The notes under the pieces are model-generated. The model was not told the DNA's origin and ran no database searches. It worked only from the letters and a program-made list of their open reading frames with translations. This document shows positions 49,228 through 59,314 of a DNA stretch of 64,000 nucleotides, piece after piece (positions within the stretch are counted from its first letter, which is position 1; each line of letters begins with the position of its first letter). Both the position numbers and the translations under genes were made by a program. The stretch is taken from assembly GCA_963828465.1 (NCBI GenBank), contig CAWHEU010000020.1, positions 1 to 64,000 on the forward strand. Reading direction: 5' to 3'. The DNA is from an uncultured Acidobacteriota bacterium (GTDB lineage: Bacteria > Actinomycetota > Acidimicrobiia > Spongiisociales > ZC4RG35).

Positions 49228-50118
49228 TCAGTCTTGGATCAGCGGCAGCACGTGGGCGCTGGCCTTCTCGACCATCCAGTCGTAGAACTCCTCACTGAGG
49301 GTCGAGCTGCCGTGGTCCTGGATGAACTTGAGCTGCTCGGGGGAGATTCCGGCCGGGTTGTTGTCGATCGCGTTGGGATAGGGATTGGCCGGGGTCCGGT
49401 CGATCGGAGCCACGAATTCCATGGTCAACGCACCGTCGTAGCCGACCTGCCGCAGGAGGGCAACCACCTCGGCCCAGTCGTAGTCACCCATGCCCGGGGG
49501 CATCCGATTGTTCTCGGCGACGTGGAAATCGGTGAGACGGTCGCCGACATCGAGGATGGCTTGGCGCCAGTCCGCTTCCTCGATGTTGATGTGGAAGGCA
49601 TCCATGCAAACCCCACAGTCGGGGCCCGTGGCCTCGGCCAGCGCCAGTGCCTGCTCCCCGCGGTTGATGAAGTAGGTCTCGAACCGGTTCAGTGGCTCGA
49701 TACACGGGCGAACGCCCTCGACGAGGGCATGAGCCATGATCTCGGCCATGCCGTCCACGGCCCACTTCCACTCCTCCTCGGGGGAGGCGTCGGGGATGAT
49801 CTTCCCCACCGTGGCGGGCACGATGGTGATCTCCTGGCCCTGCAGCTCTTTGACCATCGTGATGCAGTCCTTGACGTACTTCACCGAGGCTGCCCGCTGT
49901 GCCTCGTCCTTCGCCACCAGGTTGCGATCGCCGAGCATCAGTGTCACCGCACCCCAGCATTCGAGGCCGGCGTCGTCCAGCAGCCCCTTGACATGCTTGG
50001 TGTCGTAGATGTCCGGCTCCCCGCTGATCTCGATGCTCGAGTAGCCGAATTTGGCAAGCCGGGTGATGGTCACCTCGATTGGCTCGGCTCGCATCCAGTT
50101 GTGCATGGACAGGTGCAT
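49228..50118 (-). CDS. Sugar epimerase/isomerase (tagatose/psicose 3-epimerase-like TIM barrel)
   Basis: IEPLNRFETYFIN, DAFHINIEE, HVAENNRMPPG. Confidence 0.93.
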   Translation of the reverse strand: MHLSMHNWMRAEPIEVTITRLAKFGYSSIEISGEPDIYDTKHVKGLLDDAGLECWGAVTLMLGDRNLVAKDEAQRAASVKYVKDCITMVKELQGQEITIVPATVGKIIPDASPEEEWKWAVDGMAEIMAHALVEGVRPCIEPLNRFETYFINRGEQALALAEATGPDCGVCMDAFHINIEEADWRQAILDVGDRLTDFHVAENNRMPPGMGDYDWAEVVALLRQVGYDGALTMEFVAPIDRTPANPYPNAIDNNPAGISPEQLKFIQDHGSSTLSEEFYDWMVEKASAHVLPLIQD

Positions 50119-50173
50119 CGGTCCTCCTCCTCGACTCAGGAGCGTTCTGGGCGCCGCTCACAGGGGCCAGAAA

Positions 50174-50195
50174 TTGTATACACGTTTGTACACAC
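50174..50195. promoter_or_regulatory. GntR/FadR-type operator between divergent operons
   Basis: TTGTATACAC-GT-TTGTACACAC, tandem boxes, AT-rich in a GC-rich context. Confidence 0.7.
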
Positions 50196-50236
50196 GCGCC
50201 CTGGCGAGCCGTGGTACTTTCGTCGCCGGTGAATAG

Positions 50237-51316
50237 ATGAGTCTGGCCAGAACTGCCGGGTCAGAGGCAATGGGAGGCGCCCGGAGACGGCCGGAGCTGA
50301 GGCGCCGCATCCTGATTGCCGTGGCGGCTGTGCCCCTTCTGTTGCTCCTCGCCTGGGTCCTGTTCCTCGCCCGAGGGACATCGGCGGGCCCGGCCATCGC
50401 CGAACCTGGAGAGTTCCTCGTCACGCTGCTCGACGCGATCACCGTGGCCGGGCTGTTCTTCGTGGTGGCTTCGGGATTCACTCTCATCTTCGGCTTGATG
50501 CGAACCGTGAACATGGCCCATGGGTCGCTCTTTCTGATGGCCGCCTATCTCGGCATCACCGTGCAGCAGACCATGGTGGGGAAGACGCGCAACATCGAGC
50601 CTGCAGACGTGAGCATGGCCGCCTGGTTCGTCCCGCTGTTGGTGGGGGCACTGGTGGCTGCTGTGATCGGCATCATCGTCCAGCAGGTGCTGTTGCGTTG
50701 GAACGAGGGTCAGGAGCTGCGCCAGGCCCTGATCACGCTGGCCGTGGCAGTGATCCTGGCCGATCAGATGTTGGCGTGGTTCGGCGGGTTGGCCACCAGG
50801 ATGATCTGGCCCGGAGCGGTGACCCATTTCTTCGAGATCGCCGGTGAGCGCTATGCCACTTCGAGGTTGTTCATGCTCGGCGTCGCCCTGGTGGTCGGTG
50901 TGGCACTTTGGCTTTGGCTGGGCAGGACACGAATGGGAATGATCATCCGTGCCGGTGTCGATGACCGCGACATGGTCCGGGCACTCGGGATAAACATCCT
51001 TGCGGTCTTTGCCATCACCTTCTTCGTCGGCGCTTTCCTGGCCGGTGTGGGTGGGGTCATGGGCGCCTCATTCGCCGGTGTCGCGCCGGGGGCGGACGGG
51101 CAGTGGCTCCTCAATTCGCTGGTGGTGGTGATCGTTGGAGGCTTGGGCTCGCTGAAAGGGGCGGTGGCCGGGTCCCTCCTCTTCGGATTGGTCGTCTCGT
51201 TCTCTCCTGCCTACCTGCCCGCGGAGTTCACCTTCTACAGCATCATCCTCACCTTCGTGCTGCTGGCAGTGGTTCTCGCAGTCCGGCCATACGGTCTGTT
51301 CGGGAGACCGGCGTGA
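50237..51316 (+). CDS. HAAT (LivH-like) ABC permease
   Basis: GFTLIFGLMRTVNMAHG, RTRMGMIIRA, VVVIVGGLGS. Confidence 0.94.
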   Translation: MSLARTAGSEAMGGARRRPELRRRILIAVAAVPLLLLLAWVLFLARGTSAGPAIAEPGEFLVTLLDAITVAGLFFVVASGFTLIFGLMRTVNMAHGSLFLMAAYLGITVQQTMVGKTRNIEPADVSMAAWFVPLLVGALVAAVIGIIVQQVLLRWNEGQELRQALITLAVAVILADQMLAWFGGLATRMIWPGAVTHFFEIAGERYATSRLFMLGVALVVGVALWLWLGRTRMGMIIRAGVDDRDMVRALGINILAVFAITFFVGAFLAGVGGVMGASFAGVAPGADGQWLLNSLVVVIVGGLGSLKGAVAGSLLFGLVVSFSPAYLPAEFTFYSIILTFVLLAVVLAVRPYGLFGRPA

Positions 51317-52333
51317 GCGCCTCACCATCCAAGATCGCCCTCGTCGCGGTGTGCCGCAGCATTGGTGGCACTCCCGCTGGTGTCATCCGAGTTCGTCACG
51401 TCTTTCCTCATGACCAGGATCCTGATCCTCGCCATCGCCGCTGCCTCGATCGTGTTCCTGTTCCGTTATGGCGGGATGGTCTCCCTCGGCCAGTTCCTCA
51501 TATTCGGGGTGGCAGGGTTCATGGTGGGCAACGCGGTGGGCGACTCCGGGTCGAAGGGGCTCAAACTGGGTTGGGATCCCTGGGTGGGAGTGATCTTTGC
51601 CCTTGCGATCTGCCTGGTCGTCGCCTTGGTGCTGGGAGCGCTGGCCAGCCGGACGAGTGGCATCTACTTCCTGATGTTGACTCTGACCTACGCGGTGATC
51701 GGGTACTACTTCTTCGGGCAGGTCACCACCTTGTCGGGATTCGGAGGCATCACCGGGATCAGACCGCCGCCCCTGTTCGAGGGGCACCCCTGGCGTCTCT
51801 ACTACGTCGCCCTCGGCCTCTCGTTGGTGGTATATCTCGGTTTCAAGGCAATCGCCCGAACGCCTTTTGGCCTGGCCTTGCAGGGCACCCGGGACGACCC
51901 GATCAGGATGGCGTCACTCGGCTTCAACGTGCCTCTGCACCGGACCCTGGCATTTGTCATCGCGGGGTTCGTCGCGGGATGCGCCGGGATACTCAACATC
52001 TGGTGGAACGGCCAGATCGACCCGACATCGATCTCGATCGGGCCGACGCTCGATCTCCTCATAATCGCGGTCATCGGCGGCATCTCCTATTTCGAAGGCG
52101 CCTGGCTCGGCGCGGCCGTCTACGTCTCGGCCAACATCTATTTGCGAAACGTCCCGCTGGTCGACCAGATCGGCATCACGGAGGCACGGTTCAACACAGT
52201 GATCGGGCTCCTGGTGCTGTTGATCATGGTTCTCTCGCCCGAGGGAATCATGGGCATCATCGACCGGCTTCGTCGGGGGAAGCGAGAAGCGGAAGCCTCG
52301 GTGCCCGCGATGGCCAGAGTCGGTAGCGGGTGA
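51313..52333 (+). CDS. HAAT (LivM-like) ABC permease; frameshift at ~51352
   Basis: GMVSLGQ, GIYFLMLTL, PFGLALQG, PEGIMG; GTGA overlap at 51313. Confidence 0.9.
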
Positions 52334-52401
52334 TGCCCGAGCCGGCGGACGACAACAAGGAAGAGCGCGAGAGACGAATGCTCGCCGATGAGGAGGAACG
52401 A

Positions 52402-53928
52402 ATGAGAGCAACTGAGACCGGACGGTCGAGGCCAGCTCGGTGGCTGGCCTTACTCGCCGTTCTGGCGTTGACCGTGGCGGCATGTGCCGGCGAGACCACG
52501 GACACCACTGGCACCACGTCAGGTGCCGCGGACACGACCGAGGCCACCGAGGAGACCACGGCGACCACCGAGGCTTCGACCGACACGACCGCAGCAAGCG
52601 GCGAGTCGATCAAGCTCGGGATCCTCGCCGAGTGTGAGGGAGCCTTCGGCGGCTTCAACGAAGATGTCGTGGCCGGGGTGACGTTGGCACTCATCAACCA
52701 CGCTGGAGCTACCAGCAATTCGACGACCACCGCCCTCGACGGGTTCGCCAACGCCGTCGCCGGTGGCCGCGAGATCGAGCTGGTCGGGATCGGTTGTGGT
52801 GATGACACGGCCGACCGGATCATCCAGGAGATACGGACGCTCGTCGAGGAGAACGGCGCCGAGATCGTGATCGGGCCACTATCCGGTGACGAGTCGATCG
52901 CTGTCGCCAACTATGCGAAAGACCATCCGGAGATCACGGTTCTCAGTGGCATCGCCGGTGCTCAAGAGACGACCTTGCAGGTGCAGGCGCCCAACTACTT
53001 CCGGTTCCACGGCGATGGCGCCCAGTGGAATGCGGGTCTGGGTGACATCCTGCACAACCAGGCAGGATGGGACACAGCCGCCATCATCGTCGACGACTAC
53101 AGCTTCGGCTGGACATCGTCTGCGGGGTTCATCGCCGACTTCTGTGCGGTCGGTGGAACGATCGCGCCCGAGGCGCGGATCTACCCGCCATTGGGGACGA
53201 CGGACTACTCGTCGTTCATCCAGCAGCTGCCCGACCCGGATGAGGTCGACGGTTACTTCTGGGTCGTCGGCGGGACCGGGACCACGGCTGCGCTCGAAGC
53301 GTTCGTCAACGCCAAGGGCGAGCTGACTGGCGATCAGCATGCCGGCAACCTGTTCTTCAACCCGGGGCTCGCCTCGACATTGGGCCCGGGCATCGCCGGC
53401 GCCTATGTCGGTGGATTCGCCACTCCTCCAGGTGACGTGAGCTCGCCGGAGATCGACGAGTACCTGGCCAGCGCCGACGCGGCCTGGGAGACCCTGGCGG
53501 GTGCCCTGAGCGGCAACGAGCCCGCACCACCATCGGTGGCGGCTGCGTTCGGGTTCTTCTACGGCTACTACGGCGGCGGTGTTGCGCTGGTCAATGCGCT
53601 GAATGCGGTCGAAGGAGACCTGTCGAACAACCATGAGGCGCTGCGTGCCGAGCTCGCAGGGATGACTCTCGAGCTGCCCTATGGGCCGGTGAGCCTGGAC
53701 GAGAACCGTCACGGCATCGTCGACGTCTACCTCTCCCAGCTGGTCCTCGATGGCGAGGAAGTGGTGCAGAAGACCGTGGCCCTGATCCCGCAAGTGGATC
53801 AGACCTTCGGTGGCACGTTCAGCGCCGACACCCCGGGCCCCTCCAGGGACTTCCCGGAGTGTGAACCGGCGGAGCTGCCGTGGAGCGGGAACGCGATACC
53901 GGTTGTCGACGGTGTCCCGCAGGAGTAG
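52402..53928 (+). CDS. HAAT ABC substrate-binding lipoprotein
   Basis: VAAC lipobox, Thr-rich linker, IGPLSGDE, DDYSFG; GAGGAGG RBS. Confidence 0.92.
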   Translation: MRATETGRSRPARWLALLAVLALTVAACAGETTDTTGTTSGAADTTEATEETTATTEASTDTTAASGESIKLGILAECEGAFGGFNEDVVAGVTLALINHAGATSNSTTTALDGFANAVAGGREIELVGIGCGDDTADRIIQEIRTLVEENGAEIVIGPLSGDESIAVANYAKDHPEITVLSGIAGAQETTLQVQAPNYFRFHGDGAQWNAGLGDILHNQAGWDTAAIIVDDYSFGWTSSAGFIADFCAVGGTIAPEARIYPPLGTTDYSSFIQQLPDPDEVDGYFWVVGGTGTTAALEAFVNAKGELTGDQHAGNLFFNPGLASTLGPGIAGAYVGGFATPPGDVSSPEIDEYLASADAAWETLAGALSGNEPAPPSVAAAFGFFYGYYGGGVALVNALNAVEGDLSNNHEALRAELAGMTLELPYGPVSLDENRHGIVDVYLSQLVLDGEEVVQKTVALIPQVDQTFGGTFSADTPGPSRDFPECEPAELPWSGNAIPVVDGVPQE

Positions 53929-53941
53929 GTGAGGAAGCAGG

Positions 53942-54728
53942 GTGGACCCGAATCCAGAGGTCCCGATCGAAGCACCTCAGGGCCCTGCCCTGAGTCTCCG
54001 GTCGGTGACCAAGGCGTTCGGAGGACTGGTGGCCGTGGACGGCATCGATCTCGATGTCGTCCACGGCCAACGCTTGGGTCTTCTCGGCCCCAATGGGGCC
54101 GGGAAAACCACCCTTTTCAATCTGGTCGCCGGGGACATGCGACCTACCTCAGGGACCATCGAGATCGGAGGCGTGGATTGCACGATGCTCGCCTCGCGTC
54201 ACCGTGCGGCCATGGGCGTCGCCCGCACCTATCAGAGGACCCGTCTCTTCGGAGGATTGACCGTCACCGACAATCTCTATCTCGCCCAGACCGGTAAGAG
54301 CGGGCGCCACAGGGCATTGTGGAAATCCGAGGGGGATGAGTTGCTGCGCGAGAAGGCTGCAGGACGCGGCAGCAAAGGTGTGGCTCGGCAAACGCAAGGA
54401 CGACATAGTGGACGACCTCTCCCACGGTGAGCGCCGGCAACTGGAAGTGGCCATGGCATTGGTCACCGACCCTTCGATCCTCCTTCTCGATGAGCCGGCC
54501 TCGGGCCTCTCCCAGGGCGAGCGGGAGAACCTGACCCAGTTGTTGCTCGGGCTCCCCCGAGAGTTGACACTGGTCCTCATCGAGCATGACATGGATGTGG
54601 CCCTCCGGGCCGCAGAGCGAATCGTGGTCATGTCCGACGGGAAGATGGTGGCCTCCGGCACCACGGAGGAGATCCGGCACGATCCCATCGTCCATGAGAT
54701 CTATCTCGGCGAACCCGGCGAAGACTGA
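53942..54728 (+). CDS. HAAT ABC ATPase (LivG-like); frameshift at ~54359
   Basis: GPNGAGKTT in the first frame; LSHGERRQLE, LLDEP and IEHDM in the second. Confidence 0.9.
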
Positions 54729-55438
54729 TGGCCGACCCACTGCTCCAGGTCGACATGCTCCAGGCCGGCTACGGCCAGTCGACGGTCCTCGACGGGCTCT
54801 CCTTCTCCATGGGAACCGAGTCGGTGGCGATCATCGGGCGCAATGGCATGGGGAAGACGACCCTGTGCAAGACGATCATGGGGCTGGTCAGACCGACCCG
54901 CGGGTCGGTGGTGTTCGACGGCCAGGATCTGACCGGTCTCCCGCCCGAGAAGATATCGCGGGCAGGGATCGCCTATGTGCCCCAGGGTCGGCGGCTCTTT
55001 CCATCGCTCACCGTCGATGAGCATCTGCGGATGCTGGCCAATGGGACCAAGGGCAAACGGTGGACGGCGGATGCCGTGTACGAGTTGTTTCCCCGCCTCG
55101 CCCAGCGCCGCCAGAACCATGGGGGTGACCTGTCCGGGGGAGAGCAACAGATGTTGGCGGTGGGCCGGGCACTGATGCTGAACAGCAAGCTGATCCTGAT
55201 GGACGAGCCATCCGAGGGTCTCGCCCCGACCATCGTGGAGACGCTGATAGCCGCGGTTCACACCCTCGTGGCCGAGGGAGTGGCGGTCCTTGCGGTCGAG
55301 CAGAACATCCATGCCGCAACCGCCATGGCCGAGCGCCAGCTGGCGATGGTGTCGGGGCGGATCGAGGCAGAGTTCGGCGCCGAGGAGATTCGAAACGACC
55401 CCACGCTGCAACGGCTGTACTTGGGCGTCGATGCCTGA
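54728..55438 (+). CDS. HAAT ABC ATPase (LivF-like)
   Basis: GRNGMGKTT, LSGGEQQM, MDEPSEGLAP. Confidence 0.94.
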   Translation: MADPLLQVDMLQAGYGQSTVLDGLSFSMGTESVAIIGRNGMGKTTLCKTIMGLVRPTRGSVVFDGQDLTGLPPEKISRAGIAYVPQGRRLFPSLTVDEHLRMLANGTKGKRWTADAVYELFPRLAQRRQNHGGDLSGGEQQMLAVGRALMLNSKLILMDEPSEGLAPTIVETLIAAVHTLVAEGVAVLAVEQNIHAATAMAERQLAMVSGRIEAEFGAEEIRNDPTLQRLYLGVDA

Positions 55439-55466
55439 GACGGCGGTCTCGAGGAGAGAAAGGCCT

Positions 55467-56651
55467 ATGACCACCACCAACGTCGCACTCCTGGGCTCGA
55501 AGTTCATGGGCCGTGCCCATTCCAACGCCTGGATGAGCGTCGGCAAGTATTTCCCTGATGCCGGAGCCGCCAACCTGCACACCGTGGCGGCCCGGAATGC
55601 AGAAGACCTGGAGAGATTCGCAGACTCCTGGGGGTGGTCGGCTTGGACCACCGATTGGCGCGAGGCCGCGACCCATTCCGAGGTCGATCTGGTGGATGTC
55701 GCCACTCCCAACGATGTCCACGCCGAGCAAGCGATCGCCGCCCTGGAGGCAGGCAAACACGTCGCCTGTGAGAAACCCCTCGCTGCCGATCTGGATGGCG
55801 CCAAGGCCATGGCGGGCGCCGCGGCCAAAGCCGAAGGGAAGGCGTTCGTCTGGTACATGTACCGCCGGGTGCCGGCCCTCGCCCTTGCTCACCGATTGGT
55901 GAAGGACGGCGCGTTGGGCCGGATCTATCACAGCCGGGCGGCGTATCTGCAGAGCTGGGGTGGGCCCGATACTCCCCTCCTGTGGCGCTTTCAGGGCGAC
56001 GTGGCGGGCTCGGGCGCCCACGGCGATCTCAATGCCCACATCATCGATGCCGTGCGGTTCATCACAGGCGAGGAAATCGTCACCGTCGACGGGGCGATCG
56101 AGCACACCTTCATCGAGGAACGAACGGTTCTCGAAGGAGCCGCGGGAGGCGAGATCGCCGGCGCCGGCGCCGCCACCGCGGGCGCCAAAGGCAGGAGCAC
56201 TGTCGACGACGCGGTTCTCTTCATCGGCCGGCTATCAGGGGGCGGGCTGGCCAGCTTCGAGGCGACCCGGCTCGCCACCGGCTATCACAACGCCAACCGA
56301 ATCGAGATCCACGGCGAGAGAGGTGCCCTTCGGTTCGACTTCGAGCGGATGAACGAGCTGGGCTACTACGACGCAAGCGGTGAGCCCTCTACCCAGGGCT
56401 GGACCACGATCGACGTGACCAGGGGAGGCGACGGCCACCCGTACGCCGACGCATGGTGGCCTGCCAGCCATGGCCTCGGATACGAGAACACTTTCGTCAA
56501 CCAGGCCGCCGACATGCTCCGGGCGATCGGGGGGCAAGAGCCTGTGGTACCGCTACCCGACTTCGCCGACGCCCTCGAGACCCAAAGAGTCTTGGCGGCA
56601 GCTCTCGTCTCGGCGCGGGAGCACTCGCCTGTCGACATCGCGGAACTTTGA
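55467..56651 (+). CDS. Gfo/Idh/MocA oxidoreductase
   Basis: [27 protein letters not shown]. Confidence 0.94.
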   Translation: MTTTNVALLGSKFMGRAHSNAWMSVGKYFPDAGAANLHTVAARNAEDLERFADSWGWSAWTTDWREAATHSEVDLVDVATPNDVHAEQAIAALEAGKHVACEKPLAADLDGAKAMAGAAAKAEGKAFVWYMYRRVPALALAHRLVKDGALGRIYHSRAAYLQSWGGPDTPLLWRFQGDVAGSGAHGDLNAHIIDAVRFITGEEIVTVDGAIEHTFIEERTVLEGAAGGEIAGAGAATAGAKGRSTVDDAVLFIGRLSGGGLASFEATRLATGYHNANRIEIHGERGALRFDFERMNELGYYDASGEPSTQGWTTIDVTRGGDGHPYADAWWPASHGLGYENTFVNQAADMLRAIGGQEPVVPLPDFADALETQRVLAAALVSAREHSPVDIAEL

Positions 56652-56673
56652 GATCTCCAAGAGAGGAACACAC

Positions 56674-57918
56674 ATGAGCAACGCAGCACCCTTCGATCCC
56701 GTATTCATGCCCGTCGGCGTCTTGACCGCCGCCCTCCAAGAGCTGACACCACGGGACAAGAGAGACCCGGATCCCGACCTCGCGATCGAGGAATGGCTCG
56801 ATTTCGCCTCCGAGCTTGGAGTCGACTGCATCGAGCTTTCCGCCGCCGTCCATCCTGACCTTGCCGACATCCCACCCGAGGCGATGCTCGACCCAGTCGC
56901 CAATACGCTCGACCTGCGCCAACCGTTCGACCAGGGCCGGGCAGATCGCGTTCAGGCCGCGATCAAAGACTCAGGCGTCTGGCTGGCAGACCTCGCCTAC
57001 TTCGACAACCTCCTGCACGACGACCCGGCAATTCGACGCGACAAGCACGATTTCATGCTGAGAGTCATGGACGCAGCCGTGCTGCTCGGAGTGCCGGCGG
57101 TGGCCGGGTTCGTGGGCAGGGACCAGACCAGATCGATGGACCAGAACCTGATCGAGTTCGAGGAGAGCTTCGTTCCACTACTCAAAGCCGCAAAGGATCG
57201 AGGCCTGACCTATCGGGTGGAGCAGTGCCCGATGCCCGGATGGACGCCCAGCGACAATTATCACAACAACATCGGTTACACCCCCGGTATGTGGATCGCT
57301 CTTCATCGGATCGCCGAGAAGCACGGCGTGGGCGACCAGTTCCGGATTCACTACGACCCGTCTCATTCGATTCTGATGGGTCAGGACACCCGTTCCATGT
57401 TTCAGTACCTGGCCGACGAGGGCTACGGGTTCTTGATCGGCGGGCTGCATGTCAAGGGGCAGGTCATCGACAGCAGAGGTGTGGCGGCCTGGGGATACGG
57501 CGGCCAGACAGTGCAGAGAGGCGACTGGATCGACGGCGAGATCTCGCCGAATCCTGTCGACTGGGGCAAGTCATGGCAGATCCAAACGGTGCTGGCCGAG
57601 CACGAGCTGCCCGGCACTGCCAAGCACGACCCTCTGGCCTATCTCCAGAATCGCTCGGTGGACTGGCTGGACCATCAACTCGCTCTGCGTGAGCTTCTCG
57701 ACGTCGACGTGGCGAATACCCCACTCATCGTGGAGCACGAGTACCCGCCGGCCCGTGTGCAGGACAAGGCCGACCTCAAGCCCATCCTGGAAGGGTCGAT
57801 CGCGTTCACCCGCTACATCGATCAGGCGGCCGCCGCCATGTATGCGTTGCAGAACGAGGTGCTCTCCGCTCAGGACATCGCGGTCCAGGGAATCGGTCGA
57901 GAGGCGTTCCGGAGCTGA
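56674..57918 (+). CDS. Sugar phosphate isomerase/epimerase (xylose isomerase-like TIM barrel)
   Basis: [21 protein letters not shown]. Confidence 0.88.
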   Translation: MSNAAPFDPVFMPVGVLTAALQELTPRDKRDPDPDLAIEEWLDFASELGVDCIELSAAVHPDLADIPPEAMLDPVANTLDLRQPFDQGRADRVQAAIKDSGVWLADLAYFDNLLHDDPAIRRDKHDFMLRVMDAAVLLGVPAVAGFVGRDQTRSMDQNLIEFEESFVPLLKAAKDRGLTYRVEQCPMPGWTPSDNYHNNIGYTPGMWIALHRIAEKHGVGDQFRIHYDPSHSILMGQDTRSMFQYLADEGYGFLIGGLHVKGQVIDSRGVAAWGYGGQTVQRGDWIDGEISPNPVDWGKSWQIQTVLAEHELPGTAKHDPLAYLQNRSVDWLDHQLALRELLDVDVANTPLIVEHEYPPARVQDKADLKPILEGSIAFTRYIDQAAAAMYALQNEVLSAQDIAVQGIGREAFRS

Positions 57919-58011
57919 TCGAGGATGCTGAGGCGGAGAGCCGACCCGCTTGACCCTGCGTTTGACGCCATGTGCTCATGACCACTGGGGAGATGGTTGA
58001 GTGCACTTGAA

Positions 58012-59005
58012 ATGCTGAGAAATACCCGTTTGGAGACGGGAGCGACTCGAGCATGAGTTGCTCGCCCCGGAGGCCACGAAAGCATCCGAGTCAGTCGGTC
58101 GGGAGGAGGACGAGGAGCCCGACGAGTTTCGCACTGCATTCGAGCGGGACCGGGACCGCGTCATCCACACCAAGGCGTTTCGCCGTCTGAAGCACAAGAC
58201 CCAGGTTTTCCTCAACCCCGACGGTGACCATTTCGTCACCCGGATGACCCATACCATCCAGGTGAACCAGGTGGGGCGGGCCATGGCCCGCGCCCTCGGC
58301 CTCAACGAGGATCTCACCGAGGCGATTTGCCTCGGTCATGACGTCGGCCATTCACCATTCGGGCACACCGGCGAGGACGCGCTGAGCCCGGTGATCGGGG
58401 AAACCTGGCTCCACTCGGCGCACGGCGTGCGCACTCTGACGCTCATCGAGCCACAAAACCTCACCGGAGAGGTACTCGACGGGATCCGCGCACATTCCTG
58501 GCGAATTGACCCTCCCCCATCAACACCGGAGGGCATGTTGTGTCGGTTCGCAGACCGAATCGCCTATCTCACCCACGACGTGGCCGACGCGTTGCGGGCC
58601 AACGTCATCGAGTACCACCAGATACCCACCCGGGCTCTGACCACGCTAGGAGCGACCTCACGAGAGTGGATCGGGTCGCTCGCAACTTCGGTCATCGAGG
58701 CCAGCGCCGAATCAGGCCAGGTCGTGATGGGCGATCATCATCTGGAGGTGATGGGCGAGCTACGGGAGTTCATGTTTGCCCGGGTCTACCTGACGCCCGA
58801 AAGCGAGATGCAGAAGCAGAAGGCGATAACGGTCATCCAGGACCTCGTCGGCTATTTCACCGACCATCCCGCCGAGGTACCCGATTCGGCCACAGTTCCC
58901 GACGCCGCCGAGCTCGACCGGGCGGTGGACTACGTGGCCGGAATGACCGATCGCTTCGCCCTTCATACCCACGACCGGCTGTTCCGGCCAACACTTCTCG
59001 ACTGA
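58012..59005 (+). CDS. dgt: HD-domain dNTP triphosphohydrolase (dGTPase-like)
   Basis: RTAFERDRDR, FRRLKHKTQVF, TRMTH, GHDVGHSPFGH, DYVAGMTD. ATG 58012 joins via a probable +1 indel near 58036; otherwise the start is TTG 58058. Confidence 0.92.
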
Positions 59006-59021
59006 GGGGAATCCCCAGCGC

Positions 59022-59192
59022 TCAGGCCCTGAGCGGGTCGCGGAGCCGGAGGAAACGCCGTCGCCGTCTCGGCTTCGGCTCTCTGCTGGCCTTGTTGGCC
59101 TGCTTCACCTCACGCACCAACCTCGCGTGCTCGGCCTCCCTCATACGCTCCGCCATCACCGCACTGACATGATCGTTTTGCAAGTAAGTCAT
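59022..59192 (-). CDS. Small basic hypothetical protein
   Basis: MTYLQNDHVSAVMAERMREAEHARLVREVK...; AAAGGGGAA RBS-like sequence upstream. Confidence 0.65.
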   Translation of the reverse strand: MTYLQNDHVSAVMAERMREAEHARLVREVKQANKASREPKPRRRRRFLRLRDPLRA

Positions 59193-59314
59193 CGTGTTTC
59201 CCCTTTGTCGATGCCCGTAGTGGCACATTGCGAAGGTACGACAAGCGCCATCTGATGGAATCGGTGGGAGATGCCTAGATGTTGGGTGCGTGGCTGCCTA
59301 TATGGGCAGAACCG

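Noticed and set aside
52495-52600. ACC/ACG-rich repeats here and at about 11150-11260 and 13890-13990
   Set aside because: These encode ordinary Thr-rich lipoprotein linkers.
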